Assembly: GCA_965205505.1 (NCBI GenBank) | Contig: CBDBHB010000009.1 | Location: 832,001-896,000, forward strand | From: Acidobacteriota bacterium | GTDB taxonomy: Bacteria > Acidobacteriota > UBA890 > WLXD01 | Direction of reading: 5' to 3' | Length of the DNA: 64,000 bases | Part shown: in pieces, positions 55,941 through 64,000 of the stretch | Layout of the letters: each line of letters opens with the position of its first letter | Position numbering within the stretch: the stretch's first letter is position 1 | Notes under the pieces: generated by a model | Told to the model about the DNA's origin: nothing | Database searches by the model: none | What the model saw: only the letters and a program-made list of their open reading frames with translations | Position numbers and translations under genes: made by a program

Positions 55941-57332
55941 TCAGACCGGGTACGCGAATTCCCCGGTGCTGTCGCCGAAGCTCTGTAGGTCGTCGTGACC
56001 CAGCTGGTGCAGCATGCTCAACATCACGTTTGCCATGGGGGTACCGGGCTCGGCTCGTACGTGGAGGTTGCCGTGCGGTTGGGTATTAGCGCCGCCGAGC
56101 ACGATCAGCGGGCAGCGTCTGTGGTTGTGTAGGTTCGGGTCACCCATGGGCGAGCCGTAGACGACCATGGTGCTGTCGAGTAGCGGGCTGTCGCCATCGA
56201 GGGTGTTGCTCAGCCTATCGAGAAGGTAAGGGAGCATACCGACGTGGTAACGGTTGATCTTGGCGAACTTCTCGACGTTCGCTGCGACATCGCCGTGGTG
56301 CGAGGTCCGGTGGAACGGTTCGTGGACGCCACTCTCCGGGAACACCCTGGCCGAAGCGTCGCGACCCAGCTTGAGCGAGAAGACACGCGTCAGGTCGGCG
56401 GCGAAGGCCATCGCCTGAAGATCGAACATGAGCTCGACGTGCTCGGTGAACGAATCCGGTACGCCCGCAGGGGCGGCCGGTAGCTCACGCAGCTCGCCGC
56501 TGCTGTTGCGTTCTTCCGTGATCTGGATGCGCCGCTCGATCTCACGGATGTTGGTTAGGTAACGGTCCAGACGCCGCCGGTCGCCGGCGCCGAACGCCTG
56601 CTGGATGTGCGACACTTCTTCAGCGATCCAGTCGAGGATGCTGCGTTTGCTGGCGCGGCGCGCGGCACGCTGCTCGGGAGTTCCACCGGCACCGAAGAGC
56701 CGGTCGAAGATGGCCCGTGGATCGCGGATCATCGGCAGCGGCTCCGTCGGCGAGCCCCAGCTGATCGTGTCGGAGTAGATGCAGGCGTACCCATAGTCGC
56801 AACCGCCGGCCTGATCGACGTTCTCGATGCACAGCTGCATCGACGGGATCGGGTTGTCCTGCCCAAATCGCTGCGCGTGGACCTGATCCATCGAAACGCC
56901 GGCCATGACGTCCGATCCTTCGGTCTGCTTCGGATGCGCCTGGGTCAGGAAGACCGCGCTCGAGCGGTAGTGGTCGCCGCCGATCTCTTTGGTCTCGTAG
57001 GCCTCGGCCTGCTGGCAGTCGGTGTCGCTGACGATCGTCAGATACTTGCGCCAAGGCTCGAGCGGGGTCAACGACGTCGGGGTCAGATCGAAGTCGTGTC
57101 CGATCGCCGCCGGCGCCCACAGGTTCTTGGTGGCGCCGAAGGCATTGCTTCCGGCGGCGCCGTGTACGATCTCGATGCAAACCAGGCGCTTCGGACCGTC
57201 TACGGTGTTTACGGCGGCCTTCGCGAATGCCGTTCCCGCCGGCACCATCGCGTCCATCAGTGGGAGCGCTACCGTGGCTCCCAGGCCGCGCAAGACAGTC
57301 CGGCGATGCATGGCTTTTTGCGTTATGTACAT
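55941..57332 (-). CDS. DUF1552 (HXXSHH) family Tat-exported protein
   Basis: HRRTVLRG Tat motif, ALPLMDAM, GGCDYGYAC, IREIERRI, FHRTSHH and GDPNLHNH. Confidence 0.9.
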   Translation of the reverse strand: MYITQKAMHRRTVLRGLGATVALPLMDAMVPAGTAFAKAAVNTVDGPKRLVCIEIVHGAAGSNAFGATKNLWAPAAIGHDFDLTPTSLTPLEPWRKYLTIVSDTDCQQAEAYETKEIGGDHYRSSAVFLTQAHPKQTEGSDVMAGVSMDQVHAQRFGQDNPIPSMQLCIENVDQAGGCDYGYACIYSDTISWGSPTEPLPMIRDPRAIFDRLFGAGGTPEQRAARRASKRSILDWIAEEVSHIQQAFGAGDRRRLDRYLTNIREIERRIQITEERNSSGELRELPAAPAGVPDSFTEHVELMFDLQAMAFAADLTRVFSLKLGRDASARVFPESGVHEPFHRTSHHGDVAANVEKFAKINRYHVGMLPYLLDRLSNTLDGDSPLLDSTMVVYGSPMGDPNLHNHRRCPLIVLGGANTQPHGNLHVRAEPGTPMANVMLSMLHQLGHDDLQSFGDSTGEFAYPV

Positions 57333-57379
57333 GGGCTGTTTCCTCGCCCGGATGGCCGGAGTCGCGCCGAGCCGAAGGC

Positions 57380-59851
57380 TCAGCGGTTTTCGTCGCGTTC
57401 CGCGGCTACTTCGGGTAGTTGAATCTCGTTGTTGGTGCGAAAGGCTTGGCTCGTCGCCACTCCAACGATGAAGGACGACATTTTGTAGTCGTTGCTTGAT
57501 GCCGCGCGAACGATTGCGCGGATCTCTGGCATATCAGGGTACTCGACCCGGCGGCCAATCCCATACGCCATAAGGTTCTCGGTGAAGGTCGTGATGAGCG
57601 CTGGCGAGTATTTCAGCAGCGCGTCGCGCAGATCCGCCGGGCTCGTGAGGGCGGTGCCGTCGTACAAGCTGCCCGACGTGTCGACGGGGTTACCGGCGTC
57701 CTTGGTGCGCCAGGCGCCGGTCACGTCGAAGTTCTCCAATGCCAGGCCGATCGGGTCGATTGCTCGATGACAGCTGGCACACGCCGGGTTGGCCCGATGC
57801 CGCTCCAAACGCTCACGGACCGTCAGCTCGCGGCCGTCGGCGATTGCCTCTGTGGCATCCAGCTCAGGCACGTCGGGCGGCGGCGGTGGCGGCGGGCTGC
57901 CGAGCAGCACGGACATCACCCACTTGCCACGCAGCACCGGCGATGTGCGCTCGGCATGCGATGTGAGCGTCAAGATGCTGCTATGTCCCAGCAGGCCGCG
58001 GCGCTCCGGATTCGCCACGGCGACGCGGCGGAAGTGTTCTCCGCTCACGTCGGGAATCCCGTAGTGGCGGGCCAGGCGGTCGTTGACGAAGGTGTAGTCG
58101 GCGCGCAGCAAATCGAGCACGCTGCGGTCGTCCTCGACCAAGCTGTTGAAGAACAGCTCTGTCTCGCGACGCATGGCCGCCGCCAGCTCCTCGTGGAAGT
58201 CGGGGAACATCAGAGCATCCGGGTGTACTTTGTCGAGGTCCTGGAGCCGCAGCCACTGGGCTGCGAACCGCGTTCCCAGCGCCGCCGCTCGCGGATCTGA
58301 CAGCATCCTACGAACCTGCTCTTCCAGCACCGCGTCATCGGAGAGCCGGTGCTCTCGCGCCAGCGTCATTAGCTCCCCGTCCGGCGCCGCGCCCCACAGG
58401 AAGAACGACAGACGCGAGGCCAGAGCCACATCGCCGATACTGGTGAGCTGGCTGCTCGCCTGGCCAGTGGCCGGTGCTTCAAAGCGCAGCACGAAGTGGG
58501 GGCTCGACAGCAGTGCCTCGAGCGCCGAACGGATGCCGGCCTCGAATCCACCGTTGTCGGCTCCCTTGCGGAAGAACGACATCAACCCGACGAGGTCGCG
58601 CTCGGTGGTGGGACGCCGGTAGGCCTGCGTCGCCAGCCGCGTGATGATCGCCTCGGCACACGGGACTTCCTCGTCAGACGAGATCGGGCGGCAGCTGAAG
58701 ATCCGTTGACGGCTCGGCGTTGCCGAGACTCCGGTGGCATTGTAAGGGCCGATGATCGCGGCGCCCTGGAGGTGGACGAGGCTCGTGATGCCGTGAACCG
58801 AGCCGATCGAGCGATCCGACAAGCTCCACTCGTGTGGCGACAGCAAATCGACCGCGGGCCCTTCTGACCGCTGGATGAACACTATCGAGATTCGTTGCGC
58901 TCCGGCACGGATGAATATCCGCGGGGTGGAAATGCTCTGGTTGTCGGGGTCCATGAATCGGTCGACATCGAGCAGCGCGGCGCGCTCCCCGTTGACCGAT
59001 ACCTCGATCTGCTCCTGGTGGAGGAGAGCCTTGCCGAACAGCAGCCCCTCGGGTGAGTCGAAGAGCGTCAGGGTGACCTGGTATTCGCCGTCGGCAGGGA
59101 AGTTGTGAATCACCGACAGCCCGCCGCGCGTGCCGTACGGGGCACCCTCGACCCGCTCGCGCTGTGACGTGTAGCGCGACATCGTGTACTTGGTCTCGGC
59201 CACGGAAGCGTTCGGGTCGCCCACCGCCAGACGGCTGATCTCGGCAGCCGCTGCCAGATAGCCTTCCATCACCGTCGCCGAGAGGCCTTGAACGTCGGCG
59301 ATGTTGTCGAAGCCGGCGCTCAGCGGATCGGGTGGCAAGTAGGCGCTGGCGTCGATATCGAGCTCGAGCAGATCGCGCACGGAACGCTCGTACTCGACGT
59401 GGTTGAGTCTCTGGAACGTGCGCCCGCCGGGGTTCGGGTTGGCCGCGGCGGCTGCGTCGACGCGAGAGGCGAGGGCCGCAACCAGCGCGGTGAGCGTTCC
59501 TTCGTCGGGACGCCTCGCCGGAAGCGCGGGCATCATCCCCGCTTCCAGCTTGCGGATCATCTTCTCGGCGACCTCGGCGTTCTCGTGAGCCGTGGCGACG
59601 TCGAAGCTCTCGAGGCTCAGCCCGCCGCGCGACATGCTGTCGTTGTGGCAGCGTAGGCAGTAGCGGCCGATGACCTCGTTCTGCTCCTGGTACGGCGAGG
59701 CGACGGTCGCTGCGTCGCCGGGCATCGAGAGGCTGTCATGCGTCGAGTCGTGCTGCGCCAGACCGGTCCTAGCCGTCACGCCGAGGCCGAGCATGCCGAT
59801 GGCGGCGAGAGAGAGCATGGACCGCTTCATTCGACTATCTCCATTGCGCAT
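57380..59851 (-). CDS. DUF1587/1592/1588/1585/1595 c-type cytochrome-like protein
   Basis: CLRCH and CASCH heme motifs, RLN..EY, GFDN, ALASRLSFFLW, TSPVLRGKW and GLALENFD. Confidence 0.92.
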   Translation of the reverse strand: MRNGDSRMKRSMLSLAAIGMLGLGVTARTGLAQHDSTHDSLSMPGDAATVASPYQEQNEVIGRYCLRCHNDSMSRGGLSLESFDVATAHENAEVAEKMIRKLEAGMMPALPARRPDEGTLTALVAALASRVDAAAAANPNPGGRTFQRLNHVEYERSVRDLLELDIDASAYLPPDPLSAGFDNIADVQGLSATVMEGYLAAAAEISRLAVGDPNASVAETKYTMSRYTSQRERVEGAPYGTRGGLSVIHNFPADGEYQVTLTLFDSPEGLLFGKALLHQEQIEVSVNGERAALLDVDRFMDPDNQSISTPRIFIRAGAQRISIVFIQRSEGPAVDLLSPHEWSLSDRSIGSVHGITSLVHLQGAAIIGPYNATGVSATPSRQRIFSCRPISSDEEVPCAEAIITRLATQAYRRPTTERDLVGLMSFFRKGADNGGFEAGIRSALEALLSSPHFVLRFEAPATGQASSQLTSIGDVALASRLSFFLWGAAPDGELMTLAREHRLSDDAVLEEQVRRMLSDPRAAALGTRFAAQWLRLQDLDKVHPDALMFPDFHEELAAAMRRETELFFNSLVEDDRSVLDLLRADYTFVNDRLARHYGIPDVSGEHFRRVAVANPERRGLLGHSSILTLTSHAERTSPVLRGKWVMSVLLGSPPPPPPPDVPELDATEAIADGRELTVRERLERHRANPACASCHRAIDPIGLALENFDVTGAWRTKDAGNPVDTSGSLYDGTALTSPADLRDALLKYSPALITTFTENLMAYGIGRRVEYPDMPEIRAIVRAASSNDYKMSSFIVGVATSQAFRTNNEIQLPEVAAERDENR

Positions 59852-59992
59852 CAGGGCTCGTGCACACCAGTGTCGGCGCGGAGTTCGCCAGCCCCCGCGG
59901 AGCCCTACGCGTGCAGTATATGGCTGCCGTCGACGGCTTGCCCAGGCTCCACGAGTGGATTCCTTCGATCGCGTATATCGACCGTCCAGGGC

Positions 59993-60002
59993 GGCCTGCT
60001 AG
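59993..60002 (+). repeat. Possible minimal element end ggcctgctag on a stop codon
   Basis: 10-bp match only; its CTA is the creatininase stop. Confidence 0.35.
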
Positions 60003-60877
60003 GGTCGATCCGTTGACTCGGCCGCTGCGATGGCGGCTTGAAGCGCCTTCACCGTCTTGTCGACCCGGAACTGCATGAGCTTGTTTCCTATTTCGAGAGT
60101 AGCCTCTAGGTCGGCGATGCTTTGACCGTTTATGCTCGCCTTCTCGGCCTTTACACGCTGCTCGTAGCGCACCGTTCCGGGGTCGACCGTCATCTGCATC
60201 GCGGTGAGCCAGAAGAAGTCGTGGTAGCCCTCGTTTTCTTCCACGATACCGAGCTCGGTGTTCATGTACTCGATCACGTCATCCGCTGCGTAGAACTCGG
60301 GGATGAAGTGGGCAATCGTCGCGCCCCAGCGCTCGTTGAGCTGCTCGGCCACGTTCCGCATGCCGGATTGGTTTCCGCCGCTGGCACCGAGGAACGCGAC
60401 GTGCTCGAAGCCGTGCGCCTTCAGGCTGGAGGCGGCGTCGTCGAGCATCATCTCGAACGTCTCCTGCCGAACGCTTATCGTGCCCGGATATCGCATGTGG
60501 CCGGTGGGCGGGTCGATGCTGCCCTCAGGGACCAGCTTGATGATCGGCGCGCACAGCGCGTCGCCTAGCGCCCGGGCGATTCGCTCGCAGAGGCCCAGCA
60601 GCTCATAGTTGTGCTTGCCGGTCGCCACATACGGCCCGTTTTGCTCTATGCCCCCGGTGGTCAGAATGGCGGTCTTCTTGCCCGCCGCCATGGCGTCGCG
60701 CACCTCGATCCAGGTGAGCTCCTCGATCCACACGGAATCGAGTGCGTCGATGGGTCGTTGCATGGCGAGCTCGCGCTGAATACGCGCCTCGCGGTCGGCG
60801 TCCTGGCCGCCCGCGATCCCGATGCCCGCCAGCACGATCAGCAGGGTCGCCAGGCTCAGCAGCTTGTGTCTTGTCAT
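59999..60877 (-). CDS. Creatininase-family protein with signal peptide
   Basis: ELTW.EV, TGGIEQNGP, HMRYPGTIS and SGGNQ motifs. Confidence 0.88.
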   Translation of the reverse strand: MTRHKLLSLATLLIVLAGIGIAGGQDADREARIQRELAMQRPIDALDSVWIEELTWIEVRDAMAAGKKTAILTTGGIEQNGPYVATGKHNYELLGLCERIARALGDALCAPIIKLVPEGSIDPPTGHMRYPGTISVRQETFEMMLDDAASSLKAHGFEHVAFLGASGGNQSGMRNVAEQLNERWGATIAHFIPEFYAADDVIEYMNTELGIVEENEGYHDFFWLTAMQMTVDPGTVRYEQRVKAEKASINGQSIADLEATLEIGNKLMQFRVDKTVKALQAAIAAAESTDRP

Positions 60878-60950
60878 CGATAAACCTCCTTGTTGAGCCG
60901 CTCTCTCTGCGCGTTTGCACGCGGTGACCTGTGCACTGCGTTGGGGACGG

Positions 60951-62672
60951 CTATCTGCGCGTCACACGGAACACCATGTCGCGGTGTACGTTGCCCTGTG
61001 CGCGGCCGATGCGAAAGCGCGCCCAGCCATCCTCCTGCACGGTCATCTCCATTTCCCGCCAGTCACCCATGTCGCCTCGCACCGTCAGGTTGCGGCCGCG
61101 CAGGCGTTCCCCGGCGGCATCGATCCGTTGGGCAAGCATCATCGAAGGCGAGCCCAGGAACGTCGGCTCGCCGTCGGCGGTTCTGCCGACCGCCAGAGCG
61201 CACACCAGCCCGGCGAGGACGAGCTGCTCGCCAGGCTCTCCGCGAACCGCGAAGTAGCGTCGCTCGTGGAACAGGTGCTCGGTGAAGCTGTACGTGCCGG
61301 GCTCGATCTCGTCGGCGCTGCCGACGTCGGCGCCGCCGCGCACACGTGCGATGGGCGACGGAAAGTTCGAGCTCGTTGCACCGGCGAGGATGAAGTCGGT
61401 GGTCGCTCGCACCGCTGTGCCGACGCCGCGGAACAGCTGCTCGGCGCTCGGGGCATCGAAGTAGTCGCCGCCGCCGGCGCTGGCGAGCTTCGATAGCGCG
61501 TCGGCCGCCTGCGCGTCGACACCCAGGCCGACGGCATGGATCCTTATCGGATTCCCGCCGGCACGGAGCTCGGCGGCGACCGCCACAGGGTCGCCGCCAC
61601 AGGATTCGATGCCGTCGGTGATCAGCAGCAACACGCCGCCGCCGCCCGCACTCAGGTCGTTCGCTGCAGCTCGTAGGCTGAGCGCCAGGGGAGTCTGGCC
61701 GCGCGGTTGTAGCGACGCTGAGCGCGCCAGGATCTGCTGGGCACTGCCGGGCTGTGGCGCGATGAGCAGCTCGGTATCCTGACATCCGGCCTCCCTCTCG
61801 TCGTATGCGACGCGGTGACCGTAGGCGCGAAGGCCGACCGGCACCGAAGGAGGCACATCGGTAAGAGCTCCGGCCATTGCTTCTCTGGCGAGCTCGATCT
61901 TGACGCGACCGTCGACCTGTCCCCACATGCTGTTGCTGACATCGAGAATCACTTGCAGCTGGGCGCCGGCGGCACCGCCAACGGTCGCGACCGCCGGCAG
62001 GTCTAGGTCTGTTGGCAGCGCCTCGACCGTCGCGGTCTCGAAGCTGGTCTCGTCGAAGGCACGCGTGTAGGTTCCGCCCGTAACCAGCGCGATCCCGGCG
62101 AGCTGATGCGAGACGCGCTCACCGAGACTAATGGTGTGGATGCGGATGCCGTTGGCCTCGGCGCGTGCCACCCCCACCGGGTCCGCGCCGCAGGTCTCTT
62201 CACCGTCACCGATAATCAGCATCTCTTTGCGCCGTGCGTCCACCGCACGCAGATCTTCGAGTCCCTGGCGCATGCTGAGCACGAGCGGTGTGGCGCCGTC
62301 CCAGCGTATCGACTCCATTGACCGGCGCCAGATCGGTGGCTCGAACGAAGCAAAAGGAACCGCAAGCCGGGACGCGCCGCATTCATCGCTGCCCGGTCCT
62401 TCGCCCAGAAGACGCAGCGCTACCGCCGTGCCTTCGGGGAGCCCGGCAAGCGTACGCAGCAACCGTCGTTGTGCAAGATCCCGCTTGACCCCTCCCTCGA
62501 CCTGTTCCTTCATGCTCCCGGAGACGTCGAGCACGACAACCATGGCTGCGTCGTACGACTGCGCGGCGGTTACCTGGGTTGTTGATGCCAGGCCGGCAGC
62601 GAGTAGCGCGACGGCGGCAGGTCCGCGTCGGGCCGGGTGCCGGTGAGCTGAAGCGGTCATGCGTTGCTCCAC
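60951..62672 (-). CDS. Secreted tandem vWA-domain protein
   Basis: Two MIDAS sets (LDVSGSM…TPL…GDGEETC; LDVSNSM…TPL…TDGIESC). Confidence 0.88.
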   Translation of the reverse strand: MEQRMTASAHRHPARRGPAAVALLAAGLASTTQVTAAQSYDAAMVVVLDVSGSMKEQVEGGVKRDLAQRRLLRTLAGLPEGTAVALRLLGEGPGSDECGASRLAVPFASFEPPIWRRSMESIRWDGATPLVLSMRQGLEDLRAVDARRKEMLIIGDGEETCGADPVGVARAEANGIRIHTISLGERVSHQLAGIALVTGGTYTRAFDETSFETATVEALPTDLDLPAVATVGGAAGAQLQVILDVSNSMWGQVDGRVKIELAREAMAGALTDVPPSVPVGLRAYGHRVAYDEREAGCQDTELLIAPQPGSAQQILARSASLQPRGQTPLALSLRAAANDLSAGGGGVLLLITDGIESCGGDPVAVAAELRAGGNPIRIHAVGLGVDAQAADALSKLASAGGGDYFDAPSAEQLFRGVGTAVRATTDFILAGATSSNFPSPIARVRGGADVGSADEIEPGTYSFTEHLFHERRYFAVRGEPGEQLVLAGLVCALAVGRTADGEPTFLGSPSMMLAQRIDAAGERLRGRNLTVRGDMGDWREMEMTVQEDGWARFRIGRAQGNVHRDMVFRVTRR

Positions 62673-62796
62673 GGGCGGGCAGGGATCACAGTGCAGGATT
62701 ATAGGTCCGCGGCCGGTTGTGCCGGCCTTGCCGGTGGACGAACACGCCGCTAAGGTTCGCTACGCCATGTCCCACAGATGCACAGGAGCCCGATCG

Positions 62797-63711
62797 ATGA
62801 AACTCCGTCACGCTGCTCTCACCGTCGCGACTACCTTTGTCCTCGCCGTCGGCCCGGTCATACCGGACCTGTTTGCCCAGCAGGATTTCGACGCTGTGGA
62901 GATCGACACCATCGAGGTAGTCGACGGCGTCTACATGCTGATGGGCGCTGGAGGCAACATCGGCCTGAGCGTCGGGGACGACGGCGCGTTCGTCGTCGAC
63001 GACCAGTTCGCGCCGCTTACCGACAAGATCCGCGCGGCCATTGCGGCGGTGACCGACGCGGAGGTCAAGTTTGTCGTCAACACCCACTGGCACGGTGACC
63101 ATACCGGCGGCAACGAGGCCTTCGGATCCGCCGGCGCCGTGATCGTAGCGCACGACAACGTCCGCAAGCGGATGAATCCGGAGCAGTTCGGGGAGGTCAT
63201 GGGAAGCACCGAGCAGGCCCCGCCGGCGGCCTTGCCGGTAGTGACTTTCAGCGACGAGGTTACGTTCTACTGGAACGACGAAAAGATCCAGGTCGAGCAC
63301 GTCAGGCACGCGCATACTGACGGCGATGCCCTGATCTGGTTTACCGGCGCCAACGTAGTGCACATGGGCGACAACTTCTTCAACGGCGTCTACCCGTACA
63401 TCGACGTCGACTCGGGCGGCAACGTCGACGGGATGCTCGCCAGCGCCCGGCACGTCTTGGCGCGAATCGACTCCGACACCAAGATCATCCCCGGCCATGG
63501 GGCGCTCGCCGGCCCCGAGGACCTACGCCGGTTTCGCGACGTGCTGACCTTGGCGCGTGATCGCGTCGGCGCGATGATCAACGACGGGATGAGCCTCGAG
63601 GAGGTCATCGCGGCGCTGCCGATGTCCGACCACGACGAGACATGGGGCGGGGGTTTCATGTCGGCGGATCGCTTCCTGACCGTCGTATACCGCAGCATCG
63701 CCGGCGAGTAG
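62797..63711 (+). CDS. Secreted MBL-fold hydrolase (cyclase-like)
   Basis: GAGGNI, NTHWHGDHTGGN, AHTDGD, HMGD and IPGHG motifs. Confidence 0.92.
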   Translation: MKLRHAALTVATTFVLAVGPVIPDLFAQQDFDAVEIDTIEVVDGVYMLMGAGGNIGLSVGDDGAFVVDDQFAPLTDKIRAAIAAVTDAEVKFVVNTHWHGDHTGGNEAFGSAGAVIVAHDNVRKRMNPEQFGEVMGSTEQAPPAALPVVTFSDEVTFYWNDEKIQVEHVRHAHTDGDALIWFTGANVVHMGDNFFNGVYPYIDVDSGGNVDGMLASARHVLARIDSDTKIIPGHGALAGPEDLRRFRDVLTLARDRVGAMINDGMSLEEVIAALPMSDHDETWGGGFMSADRFLTVVYRSIAGE

Positions 63712-63845
63712 GCGCAGCAGCGGTCCGCGGCGCGATGGCCGGCGTTGCGCCTCCTTGAAGTAGGCAGATCTACGCCCGCGTCGTCGCGCCTTGGCCCCCG
63801 CGCCGCGTCCTCGCTGTTGCGCCCGCTCGCGGTCGGCGACACTAG
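63712..63845 (+). mobile_element. Diverged hairpin module of the same element family, ending on the ggt stop
   Basis: Outer stem gcgcagcagcg/cgctgttgcgc; GCGTT…CCTT loops span 51 nt (52 in the other copies); ends gacactag. Confidence 0.6.
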
Positions 63846-64000
63846 TAGCCGATCGCGGTGCCGTCCTTTCGGGGATCGGTGCCGCCGTGCAGCATGCCGG
63901 TGATTGGGTTGATCATGATCGCCTGGTAGCCGCCCATCGCGCCGCCGCCGGCGCGCCGGATCACGTGCCCCATGGCCTCGAGCTGGGCGATGACTTCGTC
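63842..64000 (-). CDS. ggt: Gamma-glutamyltransferase, C-terminal end (5' part outside window)
   Basis: LEAMGH…MGGYQAIMI…GGTDPRKDGTAIGY*. Confidence 0.85.
   Translation of the reverse strand, partial: DEVIAQLEAMGHVIRRAGGGAMGGYQAIMINPITGMLHGGTDPRKDGTAIGY

Noticed and set aside
59860-59990. Hairpins upstream of the DUF1592 operon as a riboswitch or element module
   Set aside because: Lacks the GCGTY/CCTT spacing and any riboswitch consensus I recognise.

Overview
GC-rich bacterial chromosome segment. The gene repertoire (kinase-TolB remnant, DUF1592/DUF1552/ankyrin operon, PQQ dehydrogenase, many exported hydrolases) suggests an Acidobacteriota- or Gemmatimonadota-like organism; this is inference. 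Recognisable genes include ppsA (partial), an AddAB-type helicase-nuclease pair, a Phd/VapC toxin-antitoxin pair, an APC-USP permease, MscS, fadE, an FKBP PPIase, recQ, xth, an Nramp-type transporter, an FHA-GAF-adenylate cyclase coupled to an MBL hydrolase, several peptidases and ggt (partial). I saw no rRNA, tRNA, CRISPR array or transposase. The most striking signal is non-coding: a family of CTAG-bounded, MITE-like elements built from ~143-145 bp hairpin modules. One complete bipartite copy lies at 1151-1429, half copies at 20855-20997, 28880-29024 and 63712-63845, and about 10 solo ends are scattered elsewhere. Aligned copies keep the same length and loop motifs while their stems change in a compensatory way, and many sit on TAG stop codons. 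The window also holds at least 7 deletion-scarred pseudogenes, an AddB lacking its Fe-S cysteines, an AddA ending in a clamp-binding-like motif, and an uncharacterised operon with two possibly TULIP/BPI-like lipoproteins. All identities and alignments were counted by hand; no database searches were run.
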